DNA from: Chloroflexota bacterium
GTDB lineage: Bacteria > Chloroflexota > Anaerolineae > Anaerolineales > E44-bin32
Length of the DNA: 55,616 nucleotides
NCBI GenBank assembly: GCA_024277995.1
Contig: JAJRUD010000116.1
Location: 1 to 55,616 of the forward strand
Direction: 5' to 3'
Shown here piece by piece: positions 1-11,216 of the stretch (positions are counted from its first letter, which is position 1; each line of letters starts with the position of its first letter). The position numbers and the translations under genes are program-made. The notes under the pieces are model-generated. The model was not told the DNA's origin. It was given only the letters and a program-made list of their open reading frames with translations, and searched no databases.

Positions 1-1
1 C

Positions 2-262
2 ATCCCGACGACGGCGCACATCCTGGGCGGGTGTCCGATGGGGCGCGATGCGGCCGAGGGGGTGGTGGGCCTCGATTGTCAGGTACACAATTACCCCGGG
101 CTCTACGTGGTGGACGGTTCCATTATGCCCGCGAATCCCGGCCTGAACCCGAGCCTGACCATCACGGCTCTGGCGGAATACGCCATGTCCCACATCCCGG
201 TGAAACCCGGCGCGACGCCGAAGAGACTCGCATTTTCGGGGCCGGACCGAAAAGACAGCTAA
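2..262 (+). CDS. GMC oxidoreductase (cholesterol oxidase-like), C-terminal fragment, 5' truncated by the window edge
   Basis: Frame from position 2 reads [14 protein letters not shown]...[27 protein letters not shown], the GMC C-terminal His/Asn active-site motifs. Confidence 0.85.
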   Translation: MPTTAHILGGCPMGRDAAEGVVGLDCQVHNYPGLYVVDGSIMPANPGLNPSLTITALAEYAMSHIPVKPGATPKRLAFSGPDRKDS

Positions 263-295
263 CAGACACATCCGACAATGGAGGGTAATCGCCTG

Positions 296-2131
296 ATGGA
301 ATTCCGCCTGCTGCGCGTCGACCTGGCCACGGGCAGCTTCCAGCGCGACAGTGTCCCGGAGACGTTGGTTCACGATTACCTCGGGGGCTCGGCGCTGGCG
401 GCGCGCCTGCTCTACGCGGGACTCACCGCCGATCTCGAGCCGCTAGCGCCCGAAGCACCGTTGCTCTTCATGACCGGAACGTTGACGGGAACGGCAGGTA
501 CGGCGGTGAGCCGCTCCGTGATCTGCGGGAAATCCCCGGCGACGGGCATATGGGCCGAATCGAACGTTGGGGGGTTCTTCGGAGCCGAGATGAGAAAGGC
601 CGGGTTTGACGGCCTGTGGGTGACGGGGAAGGCGTCGCGGCCTGTGTATCTCTCGATCCACAACGGAAATGCGGAAATCAAGGCGGCGGACCATCTCTGG
701 GGGGGTGCGGATGCCTACGAGACACAGGAGCGCATCAGGGAAGAACTCGGCGATGCGAAAGTTCGTGTGGCGACGATCGGGCTCGGCGGCGAGAGCGGGA
801 TACCTTTTGCTTTAGTGCTTTGCGATCATGGGCGGATGGCCGGGCGTACGGGCCTGGGCGCGGTGATGGGGGCCAAGAACCTCAAAGCCGTAGCTGTGAG
901 AGGGAGTGAGGCCATTCCGCTGGCTGATCCGAAAGGGTTCGCTGCTGCCAGGCGGGCCGCGAACATCGCGTTGCGCGACGAAACCCAGACGAAGGTCCTG
1001 CGCACCAGCGGCACGGGAGCGGCCGCCGAGTATTTTGATTACATGGGCATGGTGCCCAAGCGCTACTACACGAGTGGAGAACCGGGCGGGGTGGAGCAGG
1101 TGTCCGGATCGGCGATGGCGGAGAGCATCCTGAGCGGCGTGAGCGCGTGCCATGGTTGCGTGGTGGCCTGCGGCAGGAAGGTTCGTCTGGAGGATGGGAC
1201 CGAGCGGAAAGGGCCAGAGTACTAGACCATCGTCGGCTTCGGCCCCAATCTGGGGATCAGCGATCTGCCGTTCATCACGCGCATGGGCGAACTTTGCGAT
1301 CGGTACGGCCTGGACACGATATCGCTCTCCAATTGCATCGGGCTGGCCTTCCTGTTGTTCGAGCGCGGCCACCTCGCGGAGGAGGACACGGGGGGGGTGG
1401 CTCTGCGGTGGGGGGACATGCAGGTCGTTGAGCAGCTGATCCATCTGACGGCGCGACGCGAGGCCTTCGGTGAGCGGCTGGCACAGGGAGCGAAGGCGCT
1501 GGCTGAGAGGCAGGGCGTGCCGGAGCTGGCGGCTCAGGTCAAGGGGCTTGAGGTGGCTTATCACGATCCGCGAGGAGCCTCCGGCATGGCGCTGGTCTAC
1601 GCCACTTCGCCGCGCGGCGCCTGTCACAACCAGGGCGATTATTATCTGGTGGACATCGGGCAGGTCGAAGAAAGCCTGGATATCGAGATGCTGCCGATCC
1701 GGGCGGGGGCGGAGAAGGCGGCCAACGTGGCGCGCCACCAGGATTGGCGCTCTTTGGGAAACGCGATCGGCTTGTGTTCGCTGGCGAGCGTGCCGCCGGA
1801 GGTGGTGCTCCATCTGGTCAACCTGGCCACCGGTTTTGACTTCGATCTGGAGACCTTGCTGCGGGTGGGGGCGCGCGGCTGGAATCTGAAGCGGGTGATC
1901 AATTACCGGCTGGGCTCGCGCAAGCAGGATGATCGGCTGCCGGAGATCCTGCTCACGCCGCTGGAAGACGGTCCAGCGGCGGGCTACGTGCCGCCGATTG
2001 ACGAGATGCTGGCGGCGTATTACCAGGCGCGCGGCTGGGACGAGCAGCGAGGCATACCAACCAGGGAGACGCTGGCCGATCTCGGGCTGAAGGAATGCAT
2101 CGCAGAGGTCTGGAGCACCCCCGATGATTGA
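296..2131 (+). pseudogene. Tungsten/molybdopterin aldehyde:ferredoxin oxidoreductase (AOR family), interrupted by one in-frame TAG at 1223-1225 (pseudogene, sequencing error or readthrough)
   Basis: ORFs 278-1225 and 1283-2131 share a frame. Motifs KSPATG, ESNVGG, GRTGLGAVMGAKNLKA, ACHGCVVAC, GPEY*TI, DRYGLDT, RGACH. GGAGG lies upstream of ATG 296 (278 is an alternative start). Confidence 0.85.
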
Positions 2132-2189
2132 TAGAATCGGATGTTGATGACCTGGTGGACGGGGAAATGCTCCCTATGAGGAGGTGCTT

Positions 2190-3815
2190 GTGGCGAAGAT
2201 CGTGACCGTTGAACAGATGCGGGCCGTCGAGCGCGCTGCCGACGCGGCCGGGTTGAGCTACGAACAGATGATGGAAAACGCGGGGCGCGCCGTGGCGCAG
2301 GCGATACTCGATCGTGTGGCGATCGAGGGCGCGCGCGTGGTCATTCTGGTGGGAAGCGGCAACAACGGTGGTGACGGGCTGGTGGCGGGGCACTACCTGG
2401 CGCAGGCCGGCGGCGAGGTCTCGGCGTACCTGAGCAAGAAGCGCCCCGATGGAGACGTGAATCTCAGTCGCCTGAGGCAGGATGGCGCATCTTTGATGGT
2501 GGCGGCGCAGGACGGGGAGGGAGGGGCGCTTCGCCAATGGTTGGAGAGCGCCGACGTCGTGGTGGACGCCTTGCTGGGTACTGGTGCTCGCCTTCCCTTG
2601 AGGGGGAAAGTGCGAGAGGTTCTGAAGCAGGCCAAGGCGTTCCTGGAGAGCAGGGATCGGCCGCCCTTCGTGGTGGCGGTGGATTGCCCGTCGGGGTTGG
2701 ATTGCGACACAGGCGAGATCGCGGCGGAGGCGCTGCGGGCTGATCTCACCGTGACGCTGGCCGCGGCGAAGCCTGGGCTGCTGAAGTTCCCGGGCGCAGG
2801 GTTCGCGGGAGAGCTCGTGATCGGCGAGATTGGCATTCCTGATGATCAGGAGGAGTTGGCGCGCGTGGAAATGGAACTTGCTACCCCCGACGTGGTCAAG
2901 CCCTGGCTGCCGACCCGCCCGCGCGATGCGCACAAGGGAACTTTCGGGCGTGCCATCGTTGTGGCCGGGTCGATCAACTTCCCGGGCGCAGCGGCCTTGG
3001 CGGCGGAAGCCGCCTACCGCGTGGGCGCCGGGCTGGTGACCCTGGCGGTTCCCACCCCGGTCCAGGGATTGATCGCACCAGGAATCCCTGAGGCCACGTG
3101 GATGCTGTTGCCCCACGAAATGGGGGTGATTGCCGCCGGGGCGGCAGAATTGCTACGAGCGGAGGCGGCGCGCGCTCAGTCCATCCTGATAGGACCGGGC
3201 TTCGGGCTGGAGACGGAGACGGCCGAGTTCATAGCCGCCTTTCTCGGAGGATCCCTCGAGGGGCAGCGGGGCGGTATCGGCTTCGTGCATGGCGGGAAGG
3301 GGGAAGAAACTGGCGAGAGCGCCCTGCCGCCGTGCGTGGTGGATGCAGATGGGCTCAAGCTGCTCACCCGGCTGCGGGAATGGCCGCGTCGTCTGCCGCA
3401 GGGCAGCGTATTAACGCCTCACCCCGGAGAGATGGCCATCCTGACCGGGCAGGACAAGCGCGAGATTCAGGCCGATCGGGTGGGCGCCGCGAAGCGCTGG
3501 GCCGAGGCCTGGGGGCATGTGGTGGTCCTGAAAGGGGCTTTCACCGTGGTGAGCGGGCCAGACGGACGCGCGGCCGTGCTGCCCTTCGCCACTCCGGCAT
3601 TGGCGCGGGCGGGGACGGGCGACGTATTGGCGGGGGCGATCGTCGGCTTGAAGGCGCAGGGGGTTGCGCCCTTCGAGGCGGCCGTGCTCGGCGCGTATCT
3701 GCACGGGCGTGCCGGGGAGTTCGCTCACGAGCAACTGGGCACAGCGGCCAGCGTGTTGGCAGGAGACGTGGCGGCGGCCCTGGCCGAGGCGATCTTCGAA
3801 CTGGAGAGCCGGTAA
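2190..3815 (+). CDS. nnr: Bifunctional NAD(P)H-hydrate epimerase/dehydratase (YjeF/Nnr)
   Basis: MENAG, GSGNNGGDG, DALLGTG, AVDCPSG, HKGTFG, VVDADGL, TPHPGEM, AGTGDVLAG. GAGGAGG RBS before GTG 2190. Confidence 0.95.
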   Translation: MAKIVTVEQMRAVERAADAAGLSYEQMMENAGRAVAQAILDRVAIEGARVVILVGSGNNGGDGLVAGHYLAQAGGEVSAYLSKKRPDGDVNLSRLRQDGASLMVAAQDGEGGALRQWLESADVVVDALLGTGARLPLRGKVREVLKQAKAFLESRDRPPFVVAVDCPSGLDCDTGEIAAEALRADLTVTLAAAKPGLLKFPGAGFAGELVIGEIGIPDDQEELARVEMELATPDVVKPWLPTRPRDAHKGTFGRAIVVAGSINFPGAAALAAEAAYRVGAGLVTLAVPTPVQGLIAPGIPEATWMLLPHEMGVIAAGAAELLRAEAARAQSILIGPGFGLETETAEFIAAFLGGSLEGQRGGIGFVHGGKGEETGESALPPCVVDADGLKLLTRLREWPRRLPQGSVLTPHPGEMAILTGQDKREIQADRVGAAKRWAEAWGHVVVLKGAFTVVSGPDGRAAVLPFATPALARAGTGDVLAGAIVGLKAQGVAPFEAAVLGAYLHGRAGEFAHEQLGTAASVLAGDVAAALAEAIFELESR

Positions 3816-3919
3816 GGCGAAAAGGCACCCTGGGGGATCGGTCGGATTTCGTCCAACAGCGGCAAAGCGGATGGTTTCCCCTCGGCAGCAGACCGAGGTG
3901 GCGCAAGCGAAGCAGGCGA

Positions 3920-3957
3920 AAGACAAAGGCGCACCCATTAAGGTGCGCCTTTGTCTT
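3920..3957. terminator. Bidirectional intrinsic terminator between convergent genes
   Basis: Perfect 16-bp inverted repeat AAGACAAAGGCGCACC-CATTAA-GGTGCGCCTTTGTCTT. Confidence 0.85.
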
Positions 3958-3980
3958 ATCATCGACGAGGTGAGCTCGCG

Positions 3981-4400
3981 CTATGCTTTCGCCTCGGCCG
4001 ATTCGTCACCGCCCTCGATCTGGGTCTTCTTGCGGCGGGCGGCCTTCTTGCCTGCGTCAACGGCCTTCTCGATGCGCGTTTTCTGCTCTTCAAGGATGAC
4101 CTGGCCGCGCTGCTGCAGCTCGCTGGCGCGCGCGCGTGCTTCGGCCGCGAGCTCTTCGGCCCGCTTGCGGGCCTCTTCGGCGCGCAGCTTGGCGTCTTCC
4201 GCCAGGCGTTCGGCGCTCGCGCGTGCCTGGTCCGCCGTTTGCTCCACCTGGTCCTTGAGTTCAATACCCTTCTCGCGGATCAGGGTTCGAGTTTCTTCAC
4301 CTGACTGAGGGGCGTACAACAGAGCGACTGCGGCGCCGACCAGGCCGCCGATCACAAACCCTGTCACGAAAGCCCCGAAATCGCCGTTCCGTTCTCCCAT
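3981..4400 (-). CDS. YtxH-domain protein
   Basis: FVTGFVIGGLVGAAVALLYAPQSGEETR followed by a coiled coil; GGAGG RBS. Confidence 0.9.
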   Translation of the reverse strand: MGERNGDFGAFVTGFVIGGLVGAAVALLYAPQSGEETRTLIREKGIELKDQVEQTADQARASAERLAEDAKLRAEEARKRAEELAAEARARASELQQRGQVILEEQKTRIEKAVDAGKKAARRKKTQIEGGDESAEAKA

Positions 4401-4412
4401 AGTTCCACCTCC

Positions 4413-4877
4413 CTACGAGGACTTTCTTCGCTGCCGGGATCGGGTCGATCGGATCATGTCCATCGCCCGCTTCAGTGCACTTACTGAACTGTTCATCTTG
4501 ACGACGGGTTTCACCAGGTTATCGCTCAGGAAGAGCGTCGTGCCGCGCAAGGTGCCGAGTGTTTCGTTGGCCGAATCGAGCAGCGGCGCGATTTCGTTCT
4601 GGAGCAGGGCTGTGAGGCGTGCCAGTTGTACCAGGAGCAGGATGAGCGCCAGCCCGATGATGGAGGCCTCCAGGGCCATGAAAATGATGACGATGTCGCG
4701 AATGGTCTCCGTCTGATTGGGGTGCTGCACCATGGCGAAAACAGCCCAAATCAATCCGGCCAGCAGGATGAGGGCGAGCAGAGCGGCGACGGCGAGCATC
4801 GCTTTCTGTCGGCCAGTAAGCGGTATGTTATCAGTCTTGTCGATAGAATCCGACGTGGAAATAGCCTCATCCTCCAT
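4413..4877 (-). CDS. Two-TM membrane protein with helical tail (YtxG/DUF948-like), upstream of ytxH-like gene
   Basis: Two hydrophobic segments then LQNEIAPLLDSANETLGTLRGTT; TGTTATAAT 9 nt upstream of ATG 4877. Confidence 0.7.
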   Translation of the reverse strand: MEDEAISTSDSIDKTDNIPLTGRQKAMLAVAALLALILLAGLIWAVFAMVQHPNQTETIRDIVIIFMALEASIIGLALILLLVQLARLTALLQNEIAPLLDSANETLGTLRGTTLFLSDNLVKPVVKMNSSVSALKRAMDMIRSTRSRQRRKSS

Positions 4878-5017
4878 GGCAGTGCAATTATAACACAGTG
4901 TGCCGCGTGCCCAGGCTGCGCATAGTCCCACTCATCGTGCCGCGGCGGCCCGGTTTCGCTGAAGAGGTTGCGGTGATCAGGTTGGGCGGGGAATCGAGCC
5001 TGGGCAGCGCGAGGGTG

Positions 5018-5335
5018 TCAGATGCCTGGGCCGGGGCCGGCGATGGGCGGCCTCCTGCGGCGCGGGGGCGGGAGGCCGCGATCGGGGCCGAGCAGCCAGT
5101 CCGTCAGGAAGAGCCCGATAAGGCAGGCCAGCAGCGCTGAGAAGAGATTGAGGGTGCCCAGGCGCAGGAAACGCAATGCCAGCCATTCGCCAACCAATTG
5201 GCCGGCGGCGAAAGACAGCCATGCGGCGAGCAGGAACGCGGCCAGGCGCCTGAGACGGCCGCCGCGCCATAGATGGAAGAGCAGGGCGATGAGGCTGGAG
5301 ATGAGGAAGGCCAGGAATAGGGCTGGTGTGGTCAT
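5018..5335 (-). CDS. Small hydrophobic membrane protein
   Basis: MTTPALFLAFLISSLIALLFHLWRGG, about 3 TM segments; ATGA overlap with the mnmA stop. Confidence 0.75.
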   Translation of the reverse strand: MTTPALFLAFLISSLIALLFHLWRGGRLRRLAAFLLAAWLSFAAGQLVGEWLALRFLRLGTLNLFSALLACLIGLFLTDWLLGPDRGLPPPRRRRPPIAGPGPGI

Positions 5336-6396
5336 GATGTGATGATCCCCATGCCGAGACATTCTTCACCGGCATAGAAGACGGCGGCCTGCCCGGGCGT
5401 GACGTCGTACAAAGGATCACTCAGTTCGATGCGCGCGCGATCGGCGGCGAGGCGCCGAACGCGGCAGGGCACTTCGCTTGCCCTATATCGGACGCGGACG
5501 GTCACCGGTTCCCCTTCGCGGGGTGGGCCGCCAAGGATCCAGTTCGTGTGTGCGATATCGAAGCGATGCCTGGCCAAGGCATGGCGCGGGCCGACGACCA
5601 GGCGGTTTTGTTCGACGTCCTTGACGAGGACATAGAGCGGATGGCGTGCCGCGATGCCCAGGCCCTTGCGCTGGCCGATGGTGTAGAATGCCAGCCCCTG
5701 ATGGTGGCCCAGGACGCGTCCGGTGGGGTCGACGATCTCGCCGGGCGGCGGCAGGGGGACGCCAAGTTCTTTGAGCAGACTTCGGTAATCACCATTGATC
5801 GCGAAGCACAGGTCCTGGCTGTCGGGGCGATCGGCGACCTCCAGGCCGAACTCGTGGGCCAGGCGGCGCACTTCACGCTTGGTCAGCTCGCCTAACGGGA
5901 AGAGGGCCCTGGCGAGCTGCTCCTGGCTGAGCATGCTGAGCACGTAGGATTGATCCTTGTGGCGGTCCACGCTGCGCAGCAGGTGATAGCGGCCGGATTC
6001 GAAATGCAGCCGGGCGTAATGGCCGGTGGCGAGGTGCGTGGCACCAAGGGTCTCGGCGTACTGCAGGAGAAAGGTCCAGCGGACATGGCGGTTGCACTCG
6101 ATGCACGGGTTTGGCGTGAGGCCGCTGGCGTAGGCGGCGGCGAAGGGATCGACGACGCGGTTCTTGAATGGGCGCTGCGCGTCGACGACGTAGAAGGGGA
6201 TTCCCAATTGGGCGGCGATCTGGCGCGCGCGTGCCATGTCATCAGGCGAGCAGCAGCGATTGGCGCGATCGCGGTTCGGGCTCCACAAGCGCATCATGAC
6301 GCCCAGGACCTGCTCCCCCCCCTCGACCAGCAGGGCGGCGGCCACGGAACTGTCGACGCCGCCGCTCATGGCGACGGCCACCCGGCGCCGGGGCAT
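5332..6396 (-). CDS. mnmA: tRNA 2-thiouridine(34) synthase
   Basis: VAMSGGVDSS, TPNPCIECN, ATGHYAR, KDQSY, DSQDLCF, YTIGQRKGLG, VTPGQAAVFY. Start overlaps the iscS stop (TGATG). Confidence 0.96.
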   Translation of the reverse strand: MPRRRVAVAMSGGVDSSVAAALLVEGGEQVLGVMMRLWSPNRDRANRCCSPDDMARARQIAAQLGIPFYVVDAQRPFKNRVVDPFAAAYASGLTPNPCIECNRHVRWTFLLQYAETLGATHLATGHYARLHFESGRYHLLRSVDRHKDQSYVLSMLSQEQLARALFPLGELTKREVRRLAHEFGLEVADRPDSQDLCFAINGDYRSLLKELGVPLPPPGEIVDPTGRVLGHHQGLAFYTIGQRKGLGIAARHPLYVLVKDVEQNRLVVGPRHALARHRFDIAHTNWILGGPPREGEPVTVRVRYRASEVPCRVRRLAADRARIELSDPLYDVTPGQAAVFYAGEECLGMGIITS

Positions 6397-7574
6397 CAGA
6401 CTTCCTCCTGTCTCCCGAGGGAGCGGATGCGCTGCACCAGGTCTGGCAGGACGGCGAGGAAGCGCTCCACGTCCGCGCTGCAGGTGTCGCGCCCGACGGT
6501 GACGCGCAGTGAACCGAGAGCCCATTCATGGGAGATGCCAAGGGTAAGCAGGACGTCGGATGGTTCCGGGTTTCCCGTCTTGCAGGCCGAGCCCGAGGAG
6601 CAGGCGAAACCGGCGGCGTCGAGCGCGGCCAGGAGATGGTTGCCGTCGACGCCGCGCATGACGAAGGATGCGTGGTTGGCCATGCGTTTCTCGGGGTGGC
6701 CTGTCAGGCGTACCTGTGGAATGTGCTCGATGACACCGCTCACGATGGCATCGCGTAAATCGGCGTAATGTGCGACGTGGCGATCGCGTTCATCAGCCGC
6801 CAGGCGCAGCGCCTCGGCGAGGCCGACGATGAGCGGCACGTTATGTGTCCCCGCCCGCAGGCCGAATTCCTGTCCCCCCCCGGTTTGTGCGGGTTGCAGT
6901 GGTGTCCCTTCCCTGACGTACAGGACGCCGATCCCCTTAGGGCCGTAGAACTTGTGGGCGCCCAAGGAGAGCATGTCGACTTGCAGCTCATCGACGTTGA
7001 GCGTGAGTTGGCCGGCGGCCTGGACGGCATCGGTGTGGAAGGGAATGGCGCGTTGACGGCATAGGGCGGCCAGCTCCGGGATGGGGTTGATGGTGCCGAT
7101 CTCGTTGTTGGCGTAAATGATGGAAACGAGGGCGACGTCCTGGTCGAGCCGGCTTGCGAGCGTGGAGGGCGCCACCATGCCATATTCGTCGACCGGCAGC
7201 AGGTCGAGCTCGAAATCGAAATCGGCGGCCAACTGCATGGCCGTATGCAGGACGGCATGATGTTCGACGGGAGTGGTGATGATCCTGCGAGCACCGCGTT
7301 GACTGCGGGCAGCCCATGCGGCGCCGCGCAGGGCCAGGTTGTCGCTCTCCGTTGCGCAGCTTGTGAAGAGCACCTCTGCCGGTCGACAGGCGAGGACGGC
7401 AGCCACCGCCTTTCGTGCGCGCTCGACGGCGGCTTCAGCCTGCTGGCCGTAGCGATGCAGGGATGACGGGTTGCCGTAGCGCTCACGGAAAAAGGGCAGC
7501 ATGGCCTGCAAGACGCGCGGATCGACAGGCGTGGTAGCTGCATGATCTAGATAGACGGGCTTTGAATCCGGCAT
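6396..7574 (-). CDS. iscS: Cysteine desulfurase (IscS/NifS group I)
   Basis: YLDHAATTP, GNPSSLH, NNEIGT, HTDAVQ, AHKFYGPKG, SSGSAC; translationally coupled to mnmA. Confidence 0.93.
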   Translation of the reverse strand: MPDSKPVYLDHAATTPVDPRVLQAMLPFFRERYGNPSSLHRYGQQAEAAVERARKAVAAVLACRPAEVLFTSCATESDNLALRGAAWAARSQRGARRIITTPVEHHAVLHTAMQLAADFDFELDLLPVDEYGMVAPSTLASRLDQDVALVSIIYANNEIGTINPIPELAALCRQRAIPFHTDAVQAAGQLTLNVDELQVDMLSLGAHKFYGPKGIGVLYVREGTPLQPAQTGGGQEFGLRAGTHNVPLIVGLAEALRLAADERDRHVAHYADLRDAIVSGVIEHIPQVRLTGHPEKRMANHASFVMRGVDGNHLLAALDAAGFACSSGSACKTGNPEPSDVLLTLGISHEWALGSLRVTVGRDTCSADVERFLAVLPDLVQRIRSLGRQEEV

Positions 7575-7608
7575 GAGTGGATTCTAGCATGCCTGAGGCC
7601 GAAGGGTG

Positions 7609-8280
7609 TCACGCGTAGACGCCGCGCAGGCGATCGGGGAGCAGCGCGGCAATGGCGAACATGATGCGGTCGGTGAGCTCAAGCGGCTCTTCGTCCGGGA
7701 GCGGCAAGATGGGAGCGCCGATGCGGATGACGACGGGAGCGCGCCGCGGAAAGCGCTTGAATACATAGTCGGTGCCGGCGATGCCAATCGGGACGATGGG
7801 GCACTCGGCCTGAAGGGCCAAGCGCGCGACGCCGCTCTTGCCCGGGCGGAGGCCCTGGCCGTGGCTGCGGCGGCCTTCAGGGAACATGCCCACCATCCGT
7901 CCGCGCTGCAGCAACGCCAGGGCATGATCCATGGCCCACTGGTCGCGTTGGCCGCGATAGACGGGAAAACCACCCAGGCGACGCAGCAGGGCGTCCGAGA
8001 GGGGATTGCGGAAAAGCTGCTCTTTGCCCATGAAGAAGATGGGGCGCGGAACGCTCAATTGCAGGGGGAAGACATCGAAATTGGTCAGGTGATTGCCGGC
8101 AAGGAGGCAGGCCCCCTGCAAGGGGACGTGCGCTGCACCTTCGAAACGCATCTCCATAATGAGAGGCAGGAGCAGCCGCATGAGACCCATGACCACACGG
8201 CGGGTGGTGGTGGGCTCAGCGTAATAGCGCTTCTTCAGGCGGGGATCGTCGAAAGGCGTGGGGGCGGCGCGATTTGGCAT
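7609..8280 (-). CDS. plsC: 1-acyl-sn-glycerol-3-phosphate acyltransferase
   Basis: NHLTNFD (HX4D), FPEGRRS, PIVPIGI motifs. Confidence 0.88.
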   Translation of the reverse strand: MPNRAAPTPFDDPRLKKRYYAEPTTTRRVVMGLMRLLLPLIMEMRFEGAAHVPLQGACLLAGNHLTNFDVFPLQLSVPRPIFFMGKEQLFRNPLSDALLRRLGGFPVYRGQRDQWAMDHALALLQRGRMVGMFPEGRRSHGQGLRPGKSGVARLALQAECPIVPIGIAGTDYVFKRFPRRAPVVIRIGAPILPLPDEEPLELTDRIMFAIAALLPDRLRGVYA

Positions 8281-8337
8281 GAGCTACTCTCCATCTTACC
8301 ACTGACAGATTATACAGTAGGGTTGCCGGTATAATAG

Positions 8338-9672
<1,335 letters not shown>

Positions 9673-9693
9673 ACGACGACCTGAATAGAGAAG

Positions 9694-9719
9694 GCGGCCC
9701 CGGCCTGCGCCGGGGCCGC
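9694..9719. terminator. GC-rich hairpin after eno
   Basis: GCGGCCCCGGC-CTGC-GCCGGGGCCGC, 11-bp stem, no clear U-tract. Confidence 0.55.
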
Positions 9720-9756
9720 TGCGCGTCGGAGTACATGGCGCCCCGGAGGCGACTCC

Positions 9757-10263
9757 CTAGAGATCGAGCGAGGGGGTCGGGATGGCCTCCAGGCCGTCAG
9801 AAGGGGTTTCAGTGCGAAAGCCCGGCGTCGGCGTGGCGCAATAAGGACAGATCTTCCAGGCCAGTTCCATCAGTCGTTAGCATTGCGCGCAGGGCTTGCG
9901 CAGTCGCGTGTGGCATTGCGGGCAGATTTGCCAATCACCTCGCGTTTGAGTGCCACATCCAGGGCAGGTGGGGCGCTCTTCGATGGCACTGAGCAGCGCC
10001 TCCTCTTCCAGCGTGTGCTGATAGGCATCTTCCAGGGTGAGCGGGGGGCGCAGGATGAGATAGATGATCAGGCCCGCTGGGCCGAGAAGCAGGACCATCA
10101 ACGATGCGAGCAGGTGTACCAGGCGATCGTGGTGGCGCGTCTTTATGTCCCGGAAGGTCCAAATGACGAGGCTGAGCCAAAGCGCGGTGAGGAAAGCGCC
10201 GAAGAAGGCGGTCAGGTAGAGAAAGAGGTTGCCGAGCGTGGTCAGGTCCAGGTTGAAGGGCAT
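9757..10263 (-). pseudogene. Membrane-anchored double zinc ribbon (DZR) protein interrupted by an in-frame TAA at 9877-9879
   Basis: Two TM helices, then CPGC..CPQC..CAQC*RLMELAWKICPYC. The fourth CxxC lies after the stop; the frame ends at TAG 9757-9759. Confidence 0.8.
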
Positions 10264-10429
10264 TAAGGGCTCCTGTGAGCGGGATTATACAGGCCCGTCT
10301 GCGGGGTTGCAACATGCGGGCCAGAGCCGGCGCCGGGCTGGACGGCGGCGACGATCATGGCGTACGGTGGGGGGGCGGAGGCTGATGGACGCCTGGGGCT
10401 GTCCGGTTGCAAGGGTCAGGCCGGGCGCG

Positions 10430-10458
10430 TTGACATGGAAAAATGGCTGCTGTATAGT
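10430..10458 (+). promoter_or_regulatory. Near-consensus sigma70 promoter of radC
   Basis: TTGACA-17 nt-TATAGT, 39 nt upstream of ATG 10498. Confidence 0.75.
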
Positions 10459-10497
10459 CCGCACGCGGACGAGGAAGGCGGTCTGAAAGGGGGCACC

Positions 10498-11202
10498 ATG
10501 CGTGAGGGTCGGGCTTCATATCGCATCACAGACCTGGATCGCGGCGAGCGGCCGCGTGAACGGCTGGCGGCGCTGGGTGCTGAAGCGCTCTCAAACGCGG
10601 AGTTGGTGGCGATCCTGCTGCGGTCGGGGATCGAGGGGGTGAACGCCGTGCAGCTCGCGCGGCAAATCCTGGTCGATGTAGGCGGACTGGTGGGCTTGCA
10701 TCGGGTCCCCTACGAGGAGCTGTGCCGGCGGAAAGGGATCGGCCCGGCGAAGGCGGCTCAGGTCAAGGCCGCCATCGAGTTGGGGAGACGCTTGTCGGTG
10801 GCGACGCCCGAGGAACGGCCTGCGATCCAGTCGCCGGAAGACGCGGCGGCTTTGTTGCTTTACGAGATGGGAGCGCTGGAGCAAGAACACTTGAAGGTGC
10901 TCCTGCTCGACACGCGCAACAGGCTGATCCGGATGGTAGAGGTCTATCGCGGTTCTCTCAACAGTTCGATGATCCGCGTCGGCGAGGTCTTCCGCGACGC
11001 CGTTCGGGCGAATGCGAACGCCATCCTGGTGGCACACAATCATCCGAGCGGCGATCCGACACCCAGCCCGGAGGACGTCGCGGTGACGCGGGCCATGGTT
11101 GAGGCCGGGCGCCTGCTGGACATCGAACTGCTCGATCACATCGTCATCGGCAAGAATCGCTTCGTGTCATTGAAGGCGCGCGGCCTGGGCTTCGAGGCTT
11201 GA
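10498..11202 (+). CDS. radC: RadC family JAB-domain protein
   Basis: [47 protein letters not shown]. Confidence 0.95.
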   Translation: MREGRASYRITDLDRGERPRERLAALGAEALSNAELVAILLRSGIEGVNAVQLARQILVDVGGLVGLHRVPYEELCRRKGIGPAKAAQVKAAIELGRRLSVATPEERPAIQSPEDAAALLLYEMGALEQEHLKVLLLDTRNRLIRMVEVYRGSLNSSMIRVGEVFRDAVRANANAILVAHNHPSGDPTPSPEDVAVTRAMVEAGRLLDIELLDHIVIGKNRFVSLKARGLGFEA

Positions 11203-11216
11203 GTCCTGGAGGGTGC

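Noticed and set aside
4908-5006. 10-bp inverted repeat TGCCCAGGCT/AGCCTGGGCA spaced about 80 nt
   Set aside because: Short, GC-rich, no target duplication or second copy seen; compatible with chance.
10264-10497. LexA box upstream of radC
   Set aside because: No GAAC-N4-GTTC match was found by eye.
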